Of a stretch of DNA of 64,000 nt, positions 1 through 10,376 are shown piece by piece. The DNA comes from Acidobacteriota bacterium (GTDB lineage Bacteria > Acidobacteriota > Thermoanaerobaculia > Multivoradales > Multivoraceae). The notes beneath the pieces are model-generated. The model did not search any database. It saw only the letters and a program-made list of their open reading frames with translations, and had not been told where the DNA came from. A program made the translations under genes and the position numbers. Within the stretch, counting starts at the first letter, position 1, and each line of letters starts with the position of its first letter. The stretch spans positions 264,822-328,821 of the forward strand of contig JAPOXA010000037.1 in NCBI GenBank assembly GCA_026707325.1, in the 5' to 3' direction.

Positions 1-693
1 CTTCGCCAGACCGTCGGATACGTCGATGGCGGCGCCGGCCGGCGTCCGCCCGCCCAGCAGCAGGCCCAGATCGATCTGGGGCCGCGGTTCCAGCTGGCGG
101 CGAAGGACCCGGCTGGCGACACGGGTCAGGCCGTCAGGCAGTTCCTCCGGAAAGTCGGCGCGGCGCCCCGCGATCCGGGCGCCGAGGCGGACCAGATCGA
201 GTCCCAGGGCGGACTCTCCGACCGGTCCGCCGATCCAGAGCCTGTCGTCGGGACGAGCCGCGTCCCGGGTCAGGGGGGAGCCTCCTTCGGGCACTTCGCC
301 GACCACGGTGAGACTGGCGTCCAGCCGGCCCGGCGTCGTCGGTCCGGCCGTGTCGCCGCCGACGAGTTCGACTTCGTAGCGGCGGCCGGCGCGCACGAGG
401 GCGGCGAGGAAACGGCGAGCGGCGTTCTCATCGTCGATGCCGAGTGCGACGAGCATCCACCGCGGTACGGCCCCGGTGGCGGCGAGGTCCGAGAGACTGA
501 CGGCGAGCAGCCGGCGGGCAGCGTCCGCGGGATCGAAATCGATCGGAATGTGGACGCCGGCGCGCTGCGTGTCGACGCTGAACGCGTACTGCCGCTCGCC
601 CAGCGTGAGCAGGACGGCGTCGTCGCCGATTCGACGGCCGGAGCCCGCGAAGTCCGCGAGCCAGGCGATCAGCCGGTCTTCGCCGCCGGCCAT
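1..693 (-). CDS. thiL: thiamine-monophosphate kinase (N-terminal 231 codons; 3' end lies beyond the window)
   Basis: Absent from the ORF track because it has no stop in the window. My minus-strand translation from the ATG at 693 reads [32 protein letters not shown]...VDTQRAGVHIPIDFDPADAARRLLAVSLSDLAATGAVPRWMLVALGI...ELVGGDT...AIDVSDGLAK. This shows ThiL/AIR-synthase-family motifs. The start overlaps the lon stop by 25 nt. Confidence 0.85.
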   Translation of the reverse strand, partial: MAGGEDRLIAWLADFAGSGRRIGDDAVLLTLGERQYAFSVDTQRAGVHIPIDFDPADAARRLLAVSLSDLAATGAVPRWMLVALGIDDENAARRFLAALVRAGRRYEVELVGGDTAGPTTPGRLDASLTVVGEVPEGGSPLTRDAARPDDRLWIGGPVGESALGLDLVRLGARIAGRRADFPEELPDGLTRVASRVLRRQLEPRPQIDLGLLLGGRTPAGAAIDVSDGLAK

Positions 694-3065
694 GACCGCT
701 GGTGCTCCGGATCGAGCAGCGCGGCTTCCAGCACCTGATCGACGTGTTCGACGAACAGGAGTTCAAGACCTCGCGTCACCGCGCCCGGTATCTCCGGCAG
801 GTCCCGCCGGTTTCGTTCAGGGAGGACAACCTTGCGAATTCCGGCTCCCCGCGCGGCCAGCAGCTTCTCCTTGAGACCGCCGACGGGCAGCACTTCGCCG
901 CGCAGCGTGATCTCGCCGGTCATCGCCACCCTGTGATCGATCATGCGCCCGCTGCAGACGGAGACGATGGCCGCGGCAATGGTGACGCCCGCCGACGGTC
1001 CGTCCTTCGGCACGGAACCGGCGGGGACGTGAATGTGAAGGTCGTGGTTACGGAAGAAATCCGGCCCTCCGGCGCCCGGACCGGCGGTGTACGTGGTGCG
1101 TGCGCAACTCAGCGCGGCCTGGGCCGATTCCTTCATGACGTCGCCGAGTTGGCCGGTGAGGATCAGTTTGCCCCTGCCCTTCGGCGCCGCGACTTCGATC
1201 AGCATGAGATCCCCGCCGGAAGCGGTCCAGGCGAGTCCGGTCGCCACGCCTACCCGGTCGCGGTCGAGCAGTTCCTCGCTGAAGTGACGCGGTTGCCCGA
1301 TCAGGTTCTTCAACCGCGCCGGCGTCACCCTCAGTTCGCCGCCGTCTCCTCGCGCTACGCGTACGGCCGCCTTGCGGCAGAGGGTTGCGATCTCGCGTTC
1401 GAGATTGCGCACGCCGGCTTCCTTCGTGTAGCCACGAATGAGGCTGCGGAGCGCGGGCGTCGTGATGGTCAGGGCGCCGGCCGGGAGACCATTCTCGTCG
1501 GTGGCCTTGGGTAGCAGGTGCCGGCGCGCGATCAGCACCTTTTCGTCTTCGGTGTAACCGGAGAGTCGAAGCACCTCGAGGCGATCGAGGAAAGCGGGCT
1601 GAATGGGTTCGAGCAGATTGGCCGTGGCGATGAACAACACGCGCGAAAGGTCGTACTCGACTCCGAGGTAGTGGTCCCTGAAGGTCGAGTTCTGCTCGGG
1701 ATCCAGCACTTCCAGCAGTGCCGAAGCCGGATCGCCACGGTAGTCGGCGCCCAGCTTGTCGATCTCGTCGAGCATGAAGACGGGGTTGCCGGTTCCGGCC
1801 TGATTCAGGCCCTGAATGATGCGACCCGGCAACGAACCGACGTAGGTGCGCCGGTGGCCGCGGATCTCTCCCTCGTCGCGGACGCCGCCGAGCGAGATGC
1901 GGACGAACTTGCGCTCGATCGCTCGCGCGATGGAGCGGCCGAGCGATGTCTTGCCGACGCCCGGGGGACCGACCAGACAGAGAATCGGACCCTTGGCGTC
2001 CGGCTTGAGCCGCCTGACCGCCAGGTACTCGAGGATTCGCTCCTTGACGCGATCCAGGTCATAGTGATCTTCATCGAGCACGGTGCGGGCCCGGTCGAGG
2101 TCGATTCGATCCTCGCTCAGGGTCGACCACGGGAGGCCGGTCAACCAGTCGAGGTGGGTGCGGATGGTCGCGTTCTCGGCGCTGTCGGGAGAGCTTCGCT
2201 CGAGCCGTCTGACCTGGCGTTCGACTTCGGCGGCCGCCTCCTCGCTCAGCCCCTTCTCCTCGACGGCTCGCACGTACCTCTGGATGTCCCCGTGGAGGTC
2301 ATCGCCCTCGCCGAGCTCGTCCAGGATCGCGCGCTGCTGCTGGCGGAGGAAGTACTCGCGCTGGCTGCGGTCCATCTCGCTCCGCGCCTGGGCGGAAATC
2401 CGCTGCTGCATGCTGAGGAGTTCGATCTCCCGGGTCAGCAGGTCGCCCACCTTCCGCAGCCGCTGGATCGGCGGGGTCGTCTCCAGCACGATCTGCGCTT
2501 CGTCCGCCCGGAGGTCCAGGTTGCTGGCCGCCAGGTCCGCCAGCCGGCCCGGGTGATCGAGATTCGCGGCGATCACCATGACTTCGGAGGAGATGTCCTT
2601 GCCCAGGTTGACGGCCGTCTCGAGACCCTCCTTGACGCTGCGCACCAGCGCTTCCGCCTCGAGGCCGTGGTGGGGTTCGCCGGCCTCGTCCACCTCTTCG
2701 ACACGGGCTCGAAGGAAGGGCTCGGTCTGGCTCAGATAGCGCAGTCGGGCCCTGGCGAGACCCTGGATCAGGATCCGTACCCGGCCGTCGGGCAGCTTCA
2801 GCATCCGCATGATCTGGGCGGCGGTGCCGATCTCGTGGAGGTCGTCCTCCCCGGGCTCCTCGATCGATCCGTCGCGCTGGGGGGCGAGCAGGATGACCCG
2901 GTCGCCGTTCAGCGCGTCCTCGACCGCGAGCATGCTCGGGTCGCGGCTGATCGAAAGCGGCAGGATGATGTAGGGGAAGATGACCGCGTCCTTGAGTGGC
3001 AGCACCGGCAGGACGTCGGGCAGCAGAATCGCGTCCGCCTGCTCATCGACCGGGTTCTGGGCCAT
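669..3065 (-). CDS. lon: ATP-dependent Lon protease
   Basis: 798-aa ORF. It has a Lon N-domain ([14 protein letters not shown]), Walker [10 protein letters not shown] and a C-terminal protease motif [10 protein letters not shown]. Confidence 0.97.
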   Translation of the reverse strand: MAQNPVDEQADAILLPDVLPVLPLKDAVIFPYIILPLSISRDPSMLAVEDALNGDRVILLAPQRDGSIEEPGEDDLHEIGTAAQIMRMLKLPDGRVRILIQGLARARLRYLSQTEPFLRARVEEVDEAGEPHHGLEAEALVRSVKEGLETAVNLGKDISSEVMVIAANLDHPGRLADLAASNLDLRADEAQIVLETTPPIQRLRKVGDLLTREIELLSMQQRISAQARSEMDRSQREYFLRQQQRAILDELGEGDDLHGDIQRYVRAVEEKGLSEEAAAEVERQVRRLERSSPDSAENATIRTHLDWLTGLPWSTLSEDRIDLDRARTVLDEDHYDLDRVKERILEYLAVRRLKPDAKGPILCLVGPPGVGKTSLGRSIARAIERKFVRISLGGVRDEGEIRGHRRTYVGSLPGRIIQGLNQAGTGNPVFMLDEIDKLGADYRGDPASALLEVLDPEQNSTFRDHYLGVEYDLSRVLFIATANLLEPIQPAFLDRLEVLRLSGYTEDEKVLIARRHLLPKATDENGLPAGALTITTPALRSLIRGYTKEAGVRNLEREIATLCRKAAVRVARGDGGELRVTPARLKNLIGQPRHFSEELLDRDRVGVATGLAWTASGGDLMLIEVAAPKGRGKLILTGQLGDVMKESAQAALSCARTTYTAGPGAGGPDFFRNHDLHIHVPAGSVPKDGPSAGVTIAAAIVSVCSGRMIDHRVAMTGEITLRGEVLPVGGLKEKLLAARGAGIRKVVLPERNRRDLPEIPGAVTRGLELLFVEHVDQVLEAALLDPEHQRSWPAAKTG

Positions 3066-3086
3066 GGGGTCACGCTACCAGCCCGC

Positions 3087-3551
3087 TCACTCCTTGCGCG
3101 ACGCTTCGAGCAGTACCCGCAGCTCTTCCATGAACTCGTCCACGTCCTCGAACTTCCGGTAGACGGAGGCGAAGCGGACGTAGGCCACCTGGTCGAGCGT
3201 CTTCAGGCGGTCGATGACGAAGTTGCCCAGCTCGGACGTGGAAATCTCCCGGTCCTCCTTGCGGTGGAGCAGGGCTTCGGCCTCGTCGACGATCTCTTCC
3301 AGCGCCGGCAGGCCGACCGGCCGCTTCTCACAGGCCTTGAGGAGGCCGCCGAGGAGCTTCTGCCGGTCGAACTCCTGGCGCCGGCCGTCGGACTTGACGA
3401 CCCGGTAGGCGATGTTCTCGATCTGTTCGTAGGAAGTGAACCTGCGGCCGCAGTTCAGGCACTCCCGCCGGCGCCGGACCGTCTCCCCGCCGCGAACGTC
3501 CCGCGAGTCGACCACGCGGTCATCGTTGGCGCCGCAGAATGGACATCTCAT
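3087..3551 (-). CDS. nrdR: transcriptional repressor NrdR
   Basis: 154 aa. It has an N-terminal zinc ribbon (MRCPFCG...CLNCGRRFTSYE) followed by an ATP-cone. Confidence 0.95.
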   Translation of the reverse strand: MRCPFCGANDDRVVDSRDVRGGETVRRRRECLNCGRRFTSYEQIENIAYRVVKSDGRRQEFDRQKLLGGLLKACEKRPVGLPALEEIVDEAEALLHRKEDREISTSELGNFVIDRLKTLDQVAYVRFASVYRKFEDVDEFMEELRVLLEASRKE

Positions 3552-3592
3552 GCCGTCCCCGGAACGCTACCACCGGGTAGAATGCCGCTCCC

Positions 3593-4633
3593 ATGAGCCG
3601 CGTCAACGACCAGCTCAGCGACCGGGACCGCGAGATTCTGCGGGAGGTGATCCAGACGTATCTTTCGTCGGGTGAACCCGTGTCCTCGCGGAGGGTCGCG
3701 AAGGACCGCCAGATCCAGTTGTCCGCCGCCACGATCCGCAACGTGATGGCGGACCTGGAGGACATGGGCTATCTGCGCCAGCCGCACGTCTCGGCGGGTC
3801 GGCTGCCGACCGAGGCCGGCTTCCACCTGTTCATCGACGACCTGATGTCGGCGGAAGTGGTGAGCGACGACGACCGGCGGCTGATCGACGATCGGCTGAC
3901 GACCGCCGGGAGTACCGGCCAGGAACTGACCGAGGAGACGTCGAGGCTGCTCTCCCAGCTCTCCCACCACGTGGGCGTCGTCCTGACGCCCGCCCTCGGT
4001 TCGGCGGTGATGAAGGCGATCGAGTTCGTGCCGCTCAGCGGGCGCAAGGTGCTCTGCGTGGTCGTCGCCGAAACCGGCTTCGTCGAGAACAAGCTCGTCG
4101 TCACGGACGAACCGATCCCGCGCGAAGACCTGGTGCGCATTTCGAACTACCTGACCGAGAATTACAGCGGGCGGACCCTCTTCGAGATCCGGGAGGAACT
4201 GCTTCGGCTGATGAGCGACGAACGCGCACGGCTCGACGAGTTGCTTCGGCGGGCGATCGAGCTCGCCCGGGACGGCATGAACATCGGCCACGCACCGTCG
4301 CTCGTGGTGGACGGTACGCACAGCCTGTTCGATGCGGGGCCCGGCATGTCGCGGATCGAGGGGATGTTCCAGATGTTCGCCGAGCGCGCCCGGCTGGCCG
4401 GTCTGCTCAACCGCTGCCTCGACGCGGACGGCGTGCGGGTGGTCCTGGGCCAGGATTCGAGGCTGACCGAGGAGCTCGGCTTCGGCCTCGTCGTGCGGAG
4501 CTACAAGGCGGGCGACGGCGTCACCGGATCGGTCGCGGTCGTCGGGCCGGCGCGCATGGAGTATCCGCGGATGGTGCCCCTGGTGAACTACCTGGGCGAA
4601 CGCCTGTCCGAGGCCCTGACTCGACGGCTGTAA
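3593..4633 (+). CDS. hrcA: heat-inducible transcription repressor HrcA
   Basis: 346 aa. It has an N-terminal winged-helix region (LSDRDREILREVIQTYLSSGEPVSSRRVA), typical HrcA length, and sits directly upstream of grpE. Confidence 0.9.
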   Translation: MSRVNDQLSDRDREILREVIQTYLSSGEPVSSRRVAKDRQIQLSAATIRNVMADLEDMGYLRQPHVSAGRLPTEAGFHLFIDDLMSAEVVSDDDRRLIDDRLTTAGSTGQELTEETSRLLSQLSHHVGVVLTPALGSAVMKAIEFVPLSGRKVLCVVVAETGFVENKLVVTDEPIPREDLVRISNYLTENYSGRTLFEIREELLRLMSDERARLDELLRRAIELARDGMNIGHAPSLVVDGTHSLFDAGPGMSRIEGMFQMFAERARLAGLLNRCLDADGVRVVLGQDSRLTEELGFGLVVRSYKAGDGVTGSVAVVGPARMEYPRMVPLVNYLGERLSEALTRRL

Positions 4634-4648
4634 ACGGGGACTCACGAG

Positions 4649-5287
4649 ATGACGATCGAGGCGAAGGAGAGCCCGGACTCTCACCTGGAGGACCAGGGCC
4701 GCGGCGAGACGCTCGCAGGCGAGGAGACCCTCGCGGATCGTGACGGCGGCGCGCCGGACACCGAAGGCGAGCTTCGGGCCGAGCTCGCGGCCGCCAGCCA
4801 GGAAGTCGACCGCCTGCGGCGCGCCGCGGCCGAGTTCGACAATCTGCGCAAGCGCGCCGAGCGGGAACGGCTCGAGTCGCGCTGGAACACGGCCGCCGGC
4901 CCGCTGCGTGAGTTCCTCGGCGTGGTCGACAATCTGGACCGGGCGCTTGAGGCCGACGCGTCGGCGGACGATCTGCGCGCTGGAGTCGAGATGATCCGGC
5001 GTCAGATGTCGGACCTCCTGCGACGGTTCGGCGTCGAGCCGGTGGAGGGCGTGAACGCGCCCTTCGATCCGAACGTCCACCAGGCGGTGGCGCGGGAAGA
5101 GAGTGCCGAGGTGGAGGAGCCCACCGTCGTGCAGGAGTTGCAGACCGGTTACACGATGGAGTCGCGGCTGCTGCGCGCCGCGATGGTCCGGGTCGCCGTG
5201 CCGTCGTCGCCAGCGGCTTCGCGGGAAGCCGGCGTCGAGGAGGACGCCGGGGCTGAGGCGGACGCGCCGGCCGGCGGCGGCGCCTGA
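4649..5287 (+). CDS. grpE: nucleotide exchange factor GrpE
   Basis: 212 aa with the FDNLRKRAERE and VVDNLDRAL motifs typical of GrpE. Confidence 0.92.
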   Translation: MTIEAKESPDSHLEDQGRGETLAGEETLADRDGGAPDTEGELRAELAAASQEVDRLRRAAAEFDNLRKRAERERLESRWNTAAGPLREFLGVVDNLDRALEADASADDLRAGVEMIRRQMSDLLRRFGVEPVEGVNAPFDPNVHQAVAREESAEVEEPTVVQELQTGYTMESRLLRAAMVRVAVPSSPAASREAGVEEDAGAEADAPAGGGA

Positions 5288-5295
5288 GACGCGTC

Positions 5296-6465
5296 ATGCC
5301 GCGTGACTACTACGAGGTCCTGGGCCTCGACCGTTCGGCAACCCTGCAGGAGATCAAGTCGGCGTATCGCAAGCTGGCCGTCCGCTACCACCCCGATCGC
5401 AACCCGGGCGACAGCGCCGCCGAGGAGAAGTTCAAGGAGGCGGCCGACGCGTACGCCGTGCTCTCGGATGCCGACAAGCGGCAACGCTACGACCGCTTCG
5501 GCCACCAGGCCACTCCGGGCGGCGGCGGCTTCGACCCCACGATCTTCGCCGACTTCTCGGACATCCTGGGAGACGTTTTCGGCTTCGGCGGTCGCACCGG
5601 TGGCCGCCGCCGGCGCGCGGGCGCGGATCTTCGCTACGACCTGCGGATCTCGTTCGAGGAGGCCGCCTTCGGAGTGGAGCCGAAGCTGCGCATTCCGCGC
5701 CTTGAGCGCTGCGAGACCTGCGGCGGCAGCGGCGCGGCCCCCGGGTCCGGTCCCACCACTTGCCGCATGTGCGGCGGCCGCGGTCAGGTGCAGTACAGCC
5801 AGGGGTTCTTCTCCGTGGCCCGCACCTGTCCTGACTGCCGCGGGGCGGGGAGCGTCATCCGGGATCCCTGCGGCGACTGCCGGGGCCAGGGGCGGAGCGA
5901 GCGGCAGCGCTCGATCCAGGTTCGGGTGCCCGCCGGCGTTGATACGGGGTCCCGCCTCCGACTTCCCGGCGAGGGGGAGCATGGCCGGAACGGCGGCCCT
6001 CCGGGCGACCTCTACGTGGTGATCGGAGTCGAGCCGCACGAGCGTTTCAGCCGGCGCGATGCCGACGTCCTGAGCTCGGTCACGATCGGCTTTCCGCAGG
6101 CGGTTCTCGGCTGCACGGTGGACGTGGAGACCCTCCATGGCACGTCCGAGCTGGAGGTTCCGCCGGCGACCGTCCACGGTTCGACCTTCGTGTTGCGGTC
6201 AGAGGGAATTCCCCGGATCGACGGCCGCGGCCGCGGGAACCACGTCGTTGAGGTGCGGCTCAACGTGCCGAGGCCGCGGGACCTCTCCGACGATGAGCTC
6301 GAGCACTTGCGGGCGCTGGCCGAACTTTCCGGCGACGGCGGCGGCACGATCCGCGACGAGCGCGGCCTGTTCAGCCGAGTGAAGGACCTCTTCTCCGGAC
6401 ACGAGCCGGACACGGATCCCGCGGCCGGCGGCGGAGAGAAGGCGGAGCGAGGGTCCGAGGCCTGA
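5296..6465 (+). CDS. dnaJ: molecular chaperone DnaJ
   Basis: 389 aa. It has a J domain with HPD (YHPDRNPGD), a G/F-rich linker and four CxxCxGxG zinc-finger motifs. Confidence 0.97.
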   Translation: MPRDYYEVLGLDRSATLQEIKSAYRKLAVRYHPDRNPGDSAAEEKFKEAADAYAVLSDADKRQRYDRFGHQATPGGGGFDPTIFADFSDILGDVFGFGGRTGGRRRRAGADLRYDLRISFEEAAFGVEPKLRIPRLERCETCGGSGAAPGSGPTTCRMCGGRGQVQYSQGFFSVARTCPDCRGAGSVIRDPCGDCRGQGRSERQRSIQVRVPAGVDTGSRLRLPGEGEHGRNGGPPGDLYVVIGVEPHERFSRRDADVLSSVTIGFPQAVLGCTVDVETLHGTSELEVPPATVHGSTFVLRSEGIPRIDGRGRGNHVVEVRLNVPRPRDLSDDELEHLRALAELSGDGGGTIRDERGLFSRVKDLFSGHEPDTDPAAGGGEKAERGSEA

Positions 6466-6475
6466 ACCCTCGGAC

Positions 6476-7162
6476 ATGATCCACCTGCTGGCCGAAGCCC
6501 GTGACCTCGCCCGTGGAACGGTCGAGGTCGAAGGCGCCGACTACCGCCATCTGTTCCGAGCGCGCCGGCTGAAGGTCGGCGACCGGGTTCGTCTTGTCGA
6601 CGGCCGCGGCGCGGCTCGCTGGTCGGTGGTGGACCAGGTGACCGCGCGGCGGGCGGTCCTGCGGGTCGAAGGCGCGGCGCCGGTGCTCGAGCCGCCCCGG
6701 CGCGTGGCGCTGTTCGTGGCCGTCGTGCGGCCGGAGCGTGCGGCCTGGCTGGTGGAAAAGGCGACGGAGCTCGGCCTCCGCGAGCTGCAGTGGTTCGTTT
6801 CGGAACACACCAGCCGTTCCTTGCCGGAACGGGCTCTGGAGCGTCAGCGCCGGGTCGCGAAGTCGGCGCTCGAACAGAGCGGCGGCGCCTGGCTGCCCGA
6901 GATCGGCGCGCCCGTCCCGCTCGGGGAGGCGCCGATCGGCGCCGGGTCGGTGGCGCTGCATCCAGGGGCCGCGACGCCGTTCATGGCCGTCGCGGGATCG
7001 GCGGAAGCGGTCGTGGTGGGCCCCGAGGGCGGCTTCAGCGAGCGGGAGATGGAGGAACTGGCCGGGCGCGGTGCGATTCCAGCGCACCTCGGACCCCGCG
7101 TGCTGCGGACAGAGACGGCCGCGGTGGCCGCGCTCGCCGTTGCCCTGACCGGGACGCCGTGA
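6476..7162 (+). CDS. rsmE: 16S rRNA (uracil1498-N3)-methyltransferase RsmE
   Basis: 228 aa. It has a PUA-like N-terminus (HLFRARRLKVGDRVRLVDGRG) and a C-terminal SPOUT motif (VGPEGGFSEREMEEL...LGPRVLRTETAAV). Confidence 0.85.
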   Translation: MIHLLAEARDLARGTVEVEGADYRHLFRARRLKVGDRVRLVDGRGAARWSVVDQVTARRAVLRVEGAAPVLEPPRRVALFVAVVRPERAAWLVEKATELGLRELQWFVSEHTSRSLPERALERQRRVAKSALEQSGGAWLPEIGAPVPLGEAPIGAGSVALHPGAATPFMAVAGSAEAVVVGPEGGFSEREMEELAGRGAIPAHLGPRVLRTETAAVAALAVALTGTP

Positions 7163-7190
7163 CGGCGCTATCCTCCGCTGGAGGAATGAC

Positions 7191-7715
7191 GTGCGGAACT
7201 CCCAGTCCACTCGAAGAACGCCTGATCGAAAGCGGGCGCCGAAGCCGGCGTACGACCGCGCTCTCGATCTGCTGGCGCGGCGCGCGCACTTTGCGGCCGA
7301 ACTGGGCGCGAAGCTCAGGCAGCGTGGCTACACGACGGCCGAGGTGGAGAGTGCGGTCGAACGGCTGACGGATGGCGGTCACCTGAACGAAGGCGAGACC
7401 GCGCACATGCTCGTGCGGTCGCTCAAGCGCCGGGGCTACGGCCGGCGGCGGCTCGAGCTCGACCTGCGGCGGCGCGGAGCAGACGAAGCCGCGGCGAGCG
7501 CAGCGCTCGAGACGGTGGGCGACGAGGACGAACTGGAGCGGGCAGGGTCGGTTGCCGCGCGCTGGCGTGCGACGCACCCGGAGCGCGACGCGGCCGCCCT
7601 GGCCCGGCACCTCGAACGGCGGGGCTTCCTTCCCCGTACTATTGGCGCCGTCCTGTTCGAGGCGGCCGACGACGCGGTCGCGGAGCGGGAGATGCAGGGC
7701 CAGAGCTCATGTTGA
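7191..7715 (+). CDS. recX: recombination regulator RecX
   Basis: 174 aa with a GTG start 6 nt after GGAGGA. It shows the repeated three-helix RecX pattern (AYDRALDLLARRAHFAAELGAKLRQRGY...RRGYGRRRLELDLRRRG) and the common position upstream of alaS. Confidence 0.75.
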   Translation: MRNSQSTRRTPDRKRAPKPAYDRALDLLARRAHFAAELGAKLRQRGYTTAEVESAVERLTDGGHLNEGETAHMLVRSLKRRGYGRRRLELDLRRRGADEAAASAALETVGDEDELERAGSVAARWRATHPERDAAALARHLERRGFLPRTIGAVLFEAADDAVAEREMQGQSSC

Positions 7716-10375
7716 GTCGGGACATCAGGCGAAGCTTCATCGACTTCTACGCCGGCCGCGGACACGCGGAGGTGGCGAGTTCGCCCCTGGTGCCGAAGGA
7801 CGATCCGACCCTGCTGTTCGTCAATGCCGGGATGGTCCAGTTCAAGAACTACTTCCTTGGCGTCGAGCAGCCGGATTCGCCGCGCGCGGTGACCTCGCAG
7901 AAGTGTCTCCGCGTGTCCGGAAAGCACAACGACCTGGAGAACGTCGGGCCCAGTCCCCGGCACCACACGTTCTTCGAGATGCTGGGGAACTTCTCCTTCG
8001 GCGACTACTTCAAGGAAGAGGCGATCGCGTCGGCCTGGGAGCTGGTCACGGGGCCCTGGGGCCTCAGGCCGGAGCACCTGTTCGCCACCGTGTTCGAGGA
8101 CGACGACGAAGCCGAGGACCTGTGGCTGCGGATCTCCGGCCTGCCGCCGGAGCGGGTCCTGCGCTGCGGCGAGAAGGACAACTTCTGGGCGATGGGCGAG
8201 ACCGGACCCTGCGGTCCCTGCAGCGAGATCTTCGTCGACACCGCGCCGGAGCTGCCCGAAGTCGGCTTCGACGAGGGCTCCGACTCGGGCCGCTATCTCG
8301 AGATCTGGAACCTCGTCTTCATGCAGTTCGAGCGTCACGAAGACGGCCGGAGCGAGCCGCTGCCGAATCCGTCGATCGACACCGGCGCGGGACTGGAGAG
8401 GGTGGCCGCTGTGCTCCAGGGCGTCGATTCGAACTACGACACGGACCTGTTCGGCACGATTCTGAGCGCGGTGGCCGGTGCGGCGGGAAACGAGTACGGC
8501 CGCGATCCGGACGCGGACGTGTCCATGCGGGTCGTCGCCGACCACCTGCGGGCGGTCGGCTTCCTGCTCGCCGACGGGGTGCTGCCGAGCAACGAGGGCC
8601 GGGGCTATGTGCTGCGCCGGCTTCTTCGCCGCGCCTCGCGCCACGGCATGAAGCTGGGTTTCGAGGAGCCGTTCCTGGCCTCGCTGCTGCCGTCGCTCGA
8701 GGAGGCCTTCGCCGGCCACTACCCGGAGCTGGTGAAGGCCCGCGAGCCGTCCTCGGCCACCATCACCGCCGAGGAGACCCGGTTCCTGGAGACCGTCGCG
8801 GTCGGCGCGGGCAAGGTCCAGCAGGCGATCGAGGAAGCGCGCGCCGCAGGCCGCTCGGTGCTCGACGGTGAGGCGACGTTCCGGCTGTACGACACGTTTG
8901 GCCTGCCGATCGAGACGGTGCGCGAGATCGCCGAGGAGGAGCAGTTCGGGATCGACGAGGCGGGGTTCGAGGCGGCGCTGGCGGAGCAACGGGAGCGGTC
9001 GCGGGCGGTGCACCTTCCGCCAGTGAACTTCACTGGCGGAGCGCTGAAGTTCGAGGGGGGGGTCGAGACGAGACCGGCGGACACCGAGTTCGTCGGCTAT
9101 GGGGAGATGGGATCTGGCGCCAAGGTCCTTGGCTTCCTGGCGGGCGAGGATCAACCGGAAGCGGTTCAACGACTGACTGGCTCAGGGTTTGCTCTCTTCG
9201 ATCGCACCCCTTTCTACGCCGAGGCAGGAGGACAGGTCGGCGATGTCGGCTTGGTGACGGGACCCGGCGGCCAGGCGCGAGTCACCGATACGCAGCGCCA
9301 TGGTCGCTACATCGTGCATGAACTGGAAGTCGTCGACGGCGCGATCGAGGTCGGTGCCGATGTCGAACTGCGCGTAGATCGCGAGAAAAGAGAGTCAGCC
9401 CAGCGCCACCACACCGCCACCCATCTCCTGCACGCCGCCCTCCGCCAGCATCTCGGCACGGGCGTGCGTCAGGCCGGTTCCCTGGTCCACCCGGACCGGC
9501 TGCGTTTCGACTTCACGCACGGGGCCCCCGTGACCGAAGAGCAGCAGGAGGCGATCGAGGACACGGTCAACGAGTGGGTGCGGCGTGCCGTACCTCTGGA
9601 GATCAGCGAGCGCTCCTACGACGAGGCGGTGGCGGCCGGCGCGATGGCGCTCTTCGGCGAGAAGTACGGCGACCGGGTGCGTACCGTCGAGGTTCCTGGG
9701 TTCAGCCTCGAACTCTGCGGCGGCTGCCACGTCCGGAACACGGGCGAGATCGGCCCCGTGACGCTGGTCGGAGAGCGCGGCGTCGCCGCCGGGGTCCGCC
9801 GGATCGAGGCGCTCGCCGGCGACCGTGCCGATCGTCTGCACCGGAGCCGGGCGCAGTTGCTGGGGACGCTGGAAGCGGAGCTCGGCGCCTCGGGAGAGCG
9901 GGCCACGGCCGAAGTTCGGGCGCTGAAGGAGCGGTTGCGGACGGTCGAGAAAGAACTCTCCCAGCTCAGGCTCGGCGTGCTCGCCGGCGACGGCAAGCCG
10001 GCTTCCGGTCAGGACGCCGGCGGCGCCACGCGGTCCGTTCGCGGCGTCGACGTCGTCCTGCGCGAAGTGCCGGCCTCCAACGTGGGAGAGCTTCGCAGCC
10101 TCGCCGACGTCCTGCGGGGCCGTCTGGGATCCGGTGTCGTCGTCCTCGGCGCCCGGGACGACGGCAAGGTGAAGCTCGTGGCCTCGGTGACGAAGGACCT
10201 CCAGGATCGGATCGACGCGGCGGCCGTGGCGCGGGCCATGGGCTCGGCGATCTCGGGCAGCGGCGGCGGCCGTCGCGACTTCGCCCAGGCCGGAGGCCGG
10301 GCCGAGAACCTGACCTCGGCCTTCGCCGCCGCCGAACGGCTCATCGAAGACAGCCTGAGCGGCACGCACTCCTAG
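7709..10375 (+). CDS. alaS: alanine--tRNA ligase
   Basis: 888 aa. Motifs seen: class II catalytic core (FVNAGMVQFK, HHTFFEMLGNFSFGDYFK), editing domain (HTATHLLH, CGGCH) and a C-terminal DHHA1-like region. Confidence 0.97.
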   Translation: MLSRDIRRSFIDFYAGRGHAEVASSPLVPKDDPTLLFVNAGMVQFKNYFLGVEQPDSPRAVTSQKCLRVSGKHNDLENVGPSPRHHTFFEMLGNFSFGDYFKEEAIASAWELVTGPWGLRPEHLFATVFEDDDEAEDLWLRISGLPPERVLRCGEKDNFWAMGETGPCGPCSEIFVDTAPELPEVGFDEGSDSGRYLEIWNLVFMQFERHEDGRSEPLPNPSIDTGAGLERVAAVLQGVDSNYDTDLFGTILSAVAGAAGNEYGRDPDADVSMRVVADHLRAVGFLLADGVLPSNEGRGYVLRRLLRRASRHGMKLGFEEPFLASLLPSLEEAFAGHYPELVKAREPSSATITAEETRFLETVAVGAGKVQQAIEEARAAGRSVLDGEATFRLYDTFGLPIETVREIAEEEQFGIDEAGFEAALAEQRERSRAVHLPPVNFTGGALKFEGGVETRPADTEFVGYGEMGSGAKVLGFLAGEDQPEAVQRLTGSGFALFDRTPFYAEAGGQVGDVGLVTGPGGQARVTDTQRHGRYIVHELEVVDGAIEVGADVELRVDREKRESAQRHHTATHLLHAALRQHLGTGVRQAGSLVHPDRLRFDFTHGAPVTEEQQEAIEDTVNEWVRRAVPLEISERSYDEAVAAGAMALFGEKYGDRVRTVEVPGFSLELCGGCHVRNTGEIGPVTLVGERGVAAGVRRIEALAGDRADRLHRSRAQLLGTLEAELGASGERATAEVRALKERLRTVEKELSQLRLGVLAGDGKPASGQDAGGATRSVRGVDVVLREVPASNVGELRSLADVLRGRLGSGVVVLGARDDGKVKLVASVTKDLQDRIDAAAVARAMGSAISGSGGGRRDFAQAGGRAENLTSAFAAAERLIEDSLSGTHS

Positions 10376-10376
10376 G

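Noticed and set aside
1518-3596. Very long ORFs antisense to, or out of frame with, well-supported genes. Examples: 1518-3596 (692 aa, opposite lon), 3548-5080, 21545-23623, 26681-28879, 31917-34745 (942 aa), 44950-48636 (1228 aa) and 52381-54891 (836 aa).
   Set aside because: Their translations are Arg/Pro/Gly/Ala-rich low-complexity strings with no motifs. Each overlaps a gene with unmistakable family signatures. Long open antisense frames are expected in GC-rich DNA because stop codons are AT-rich.
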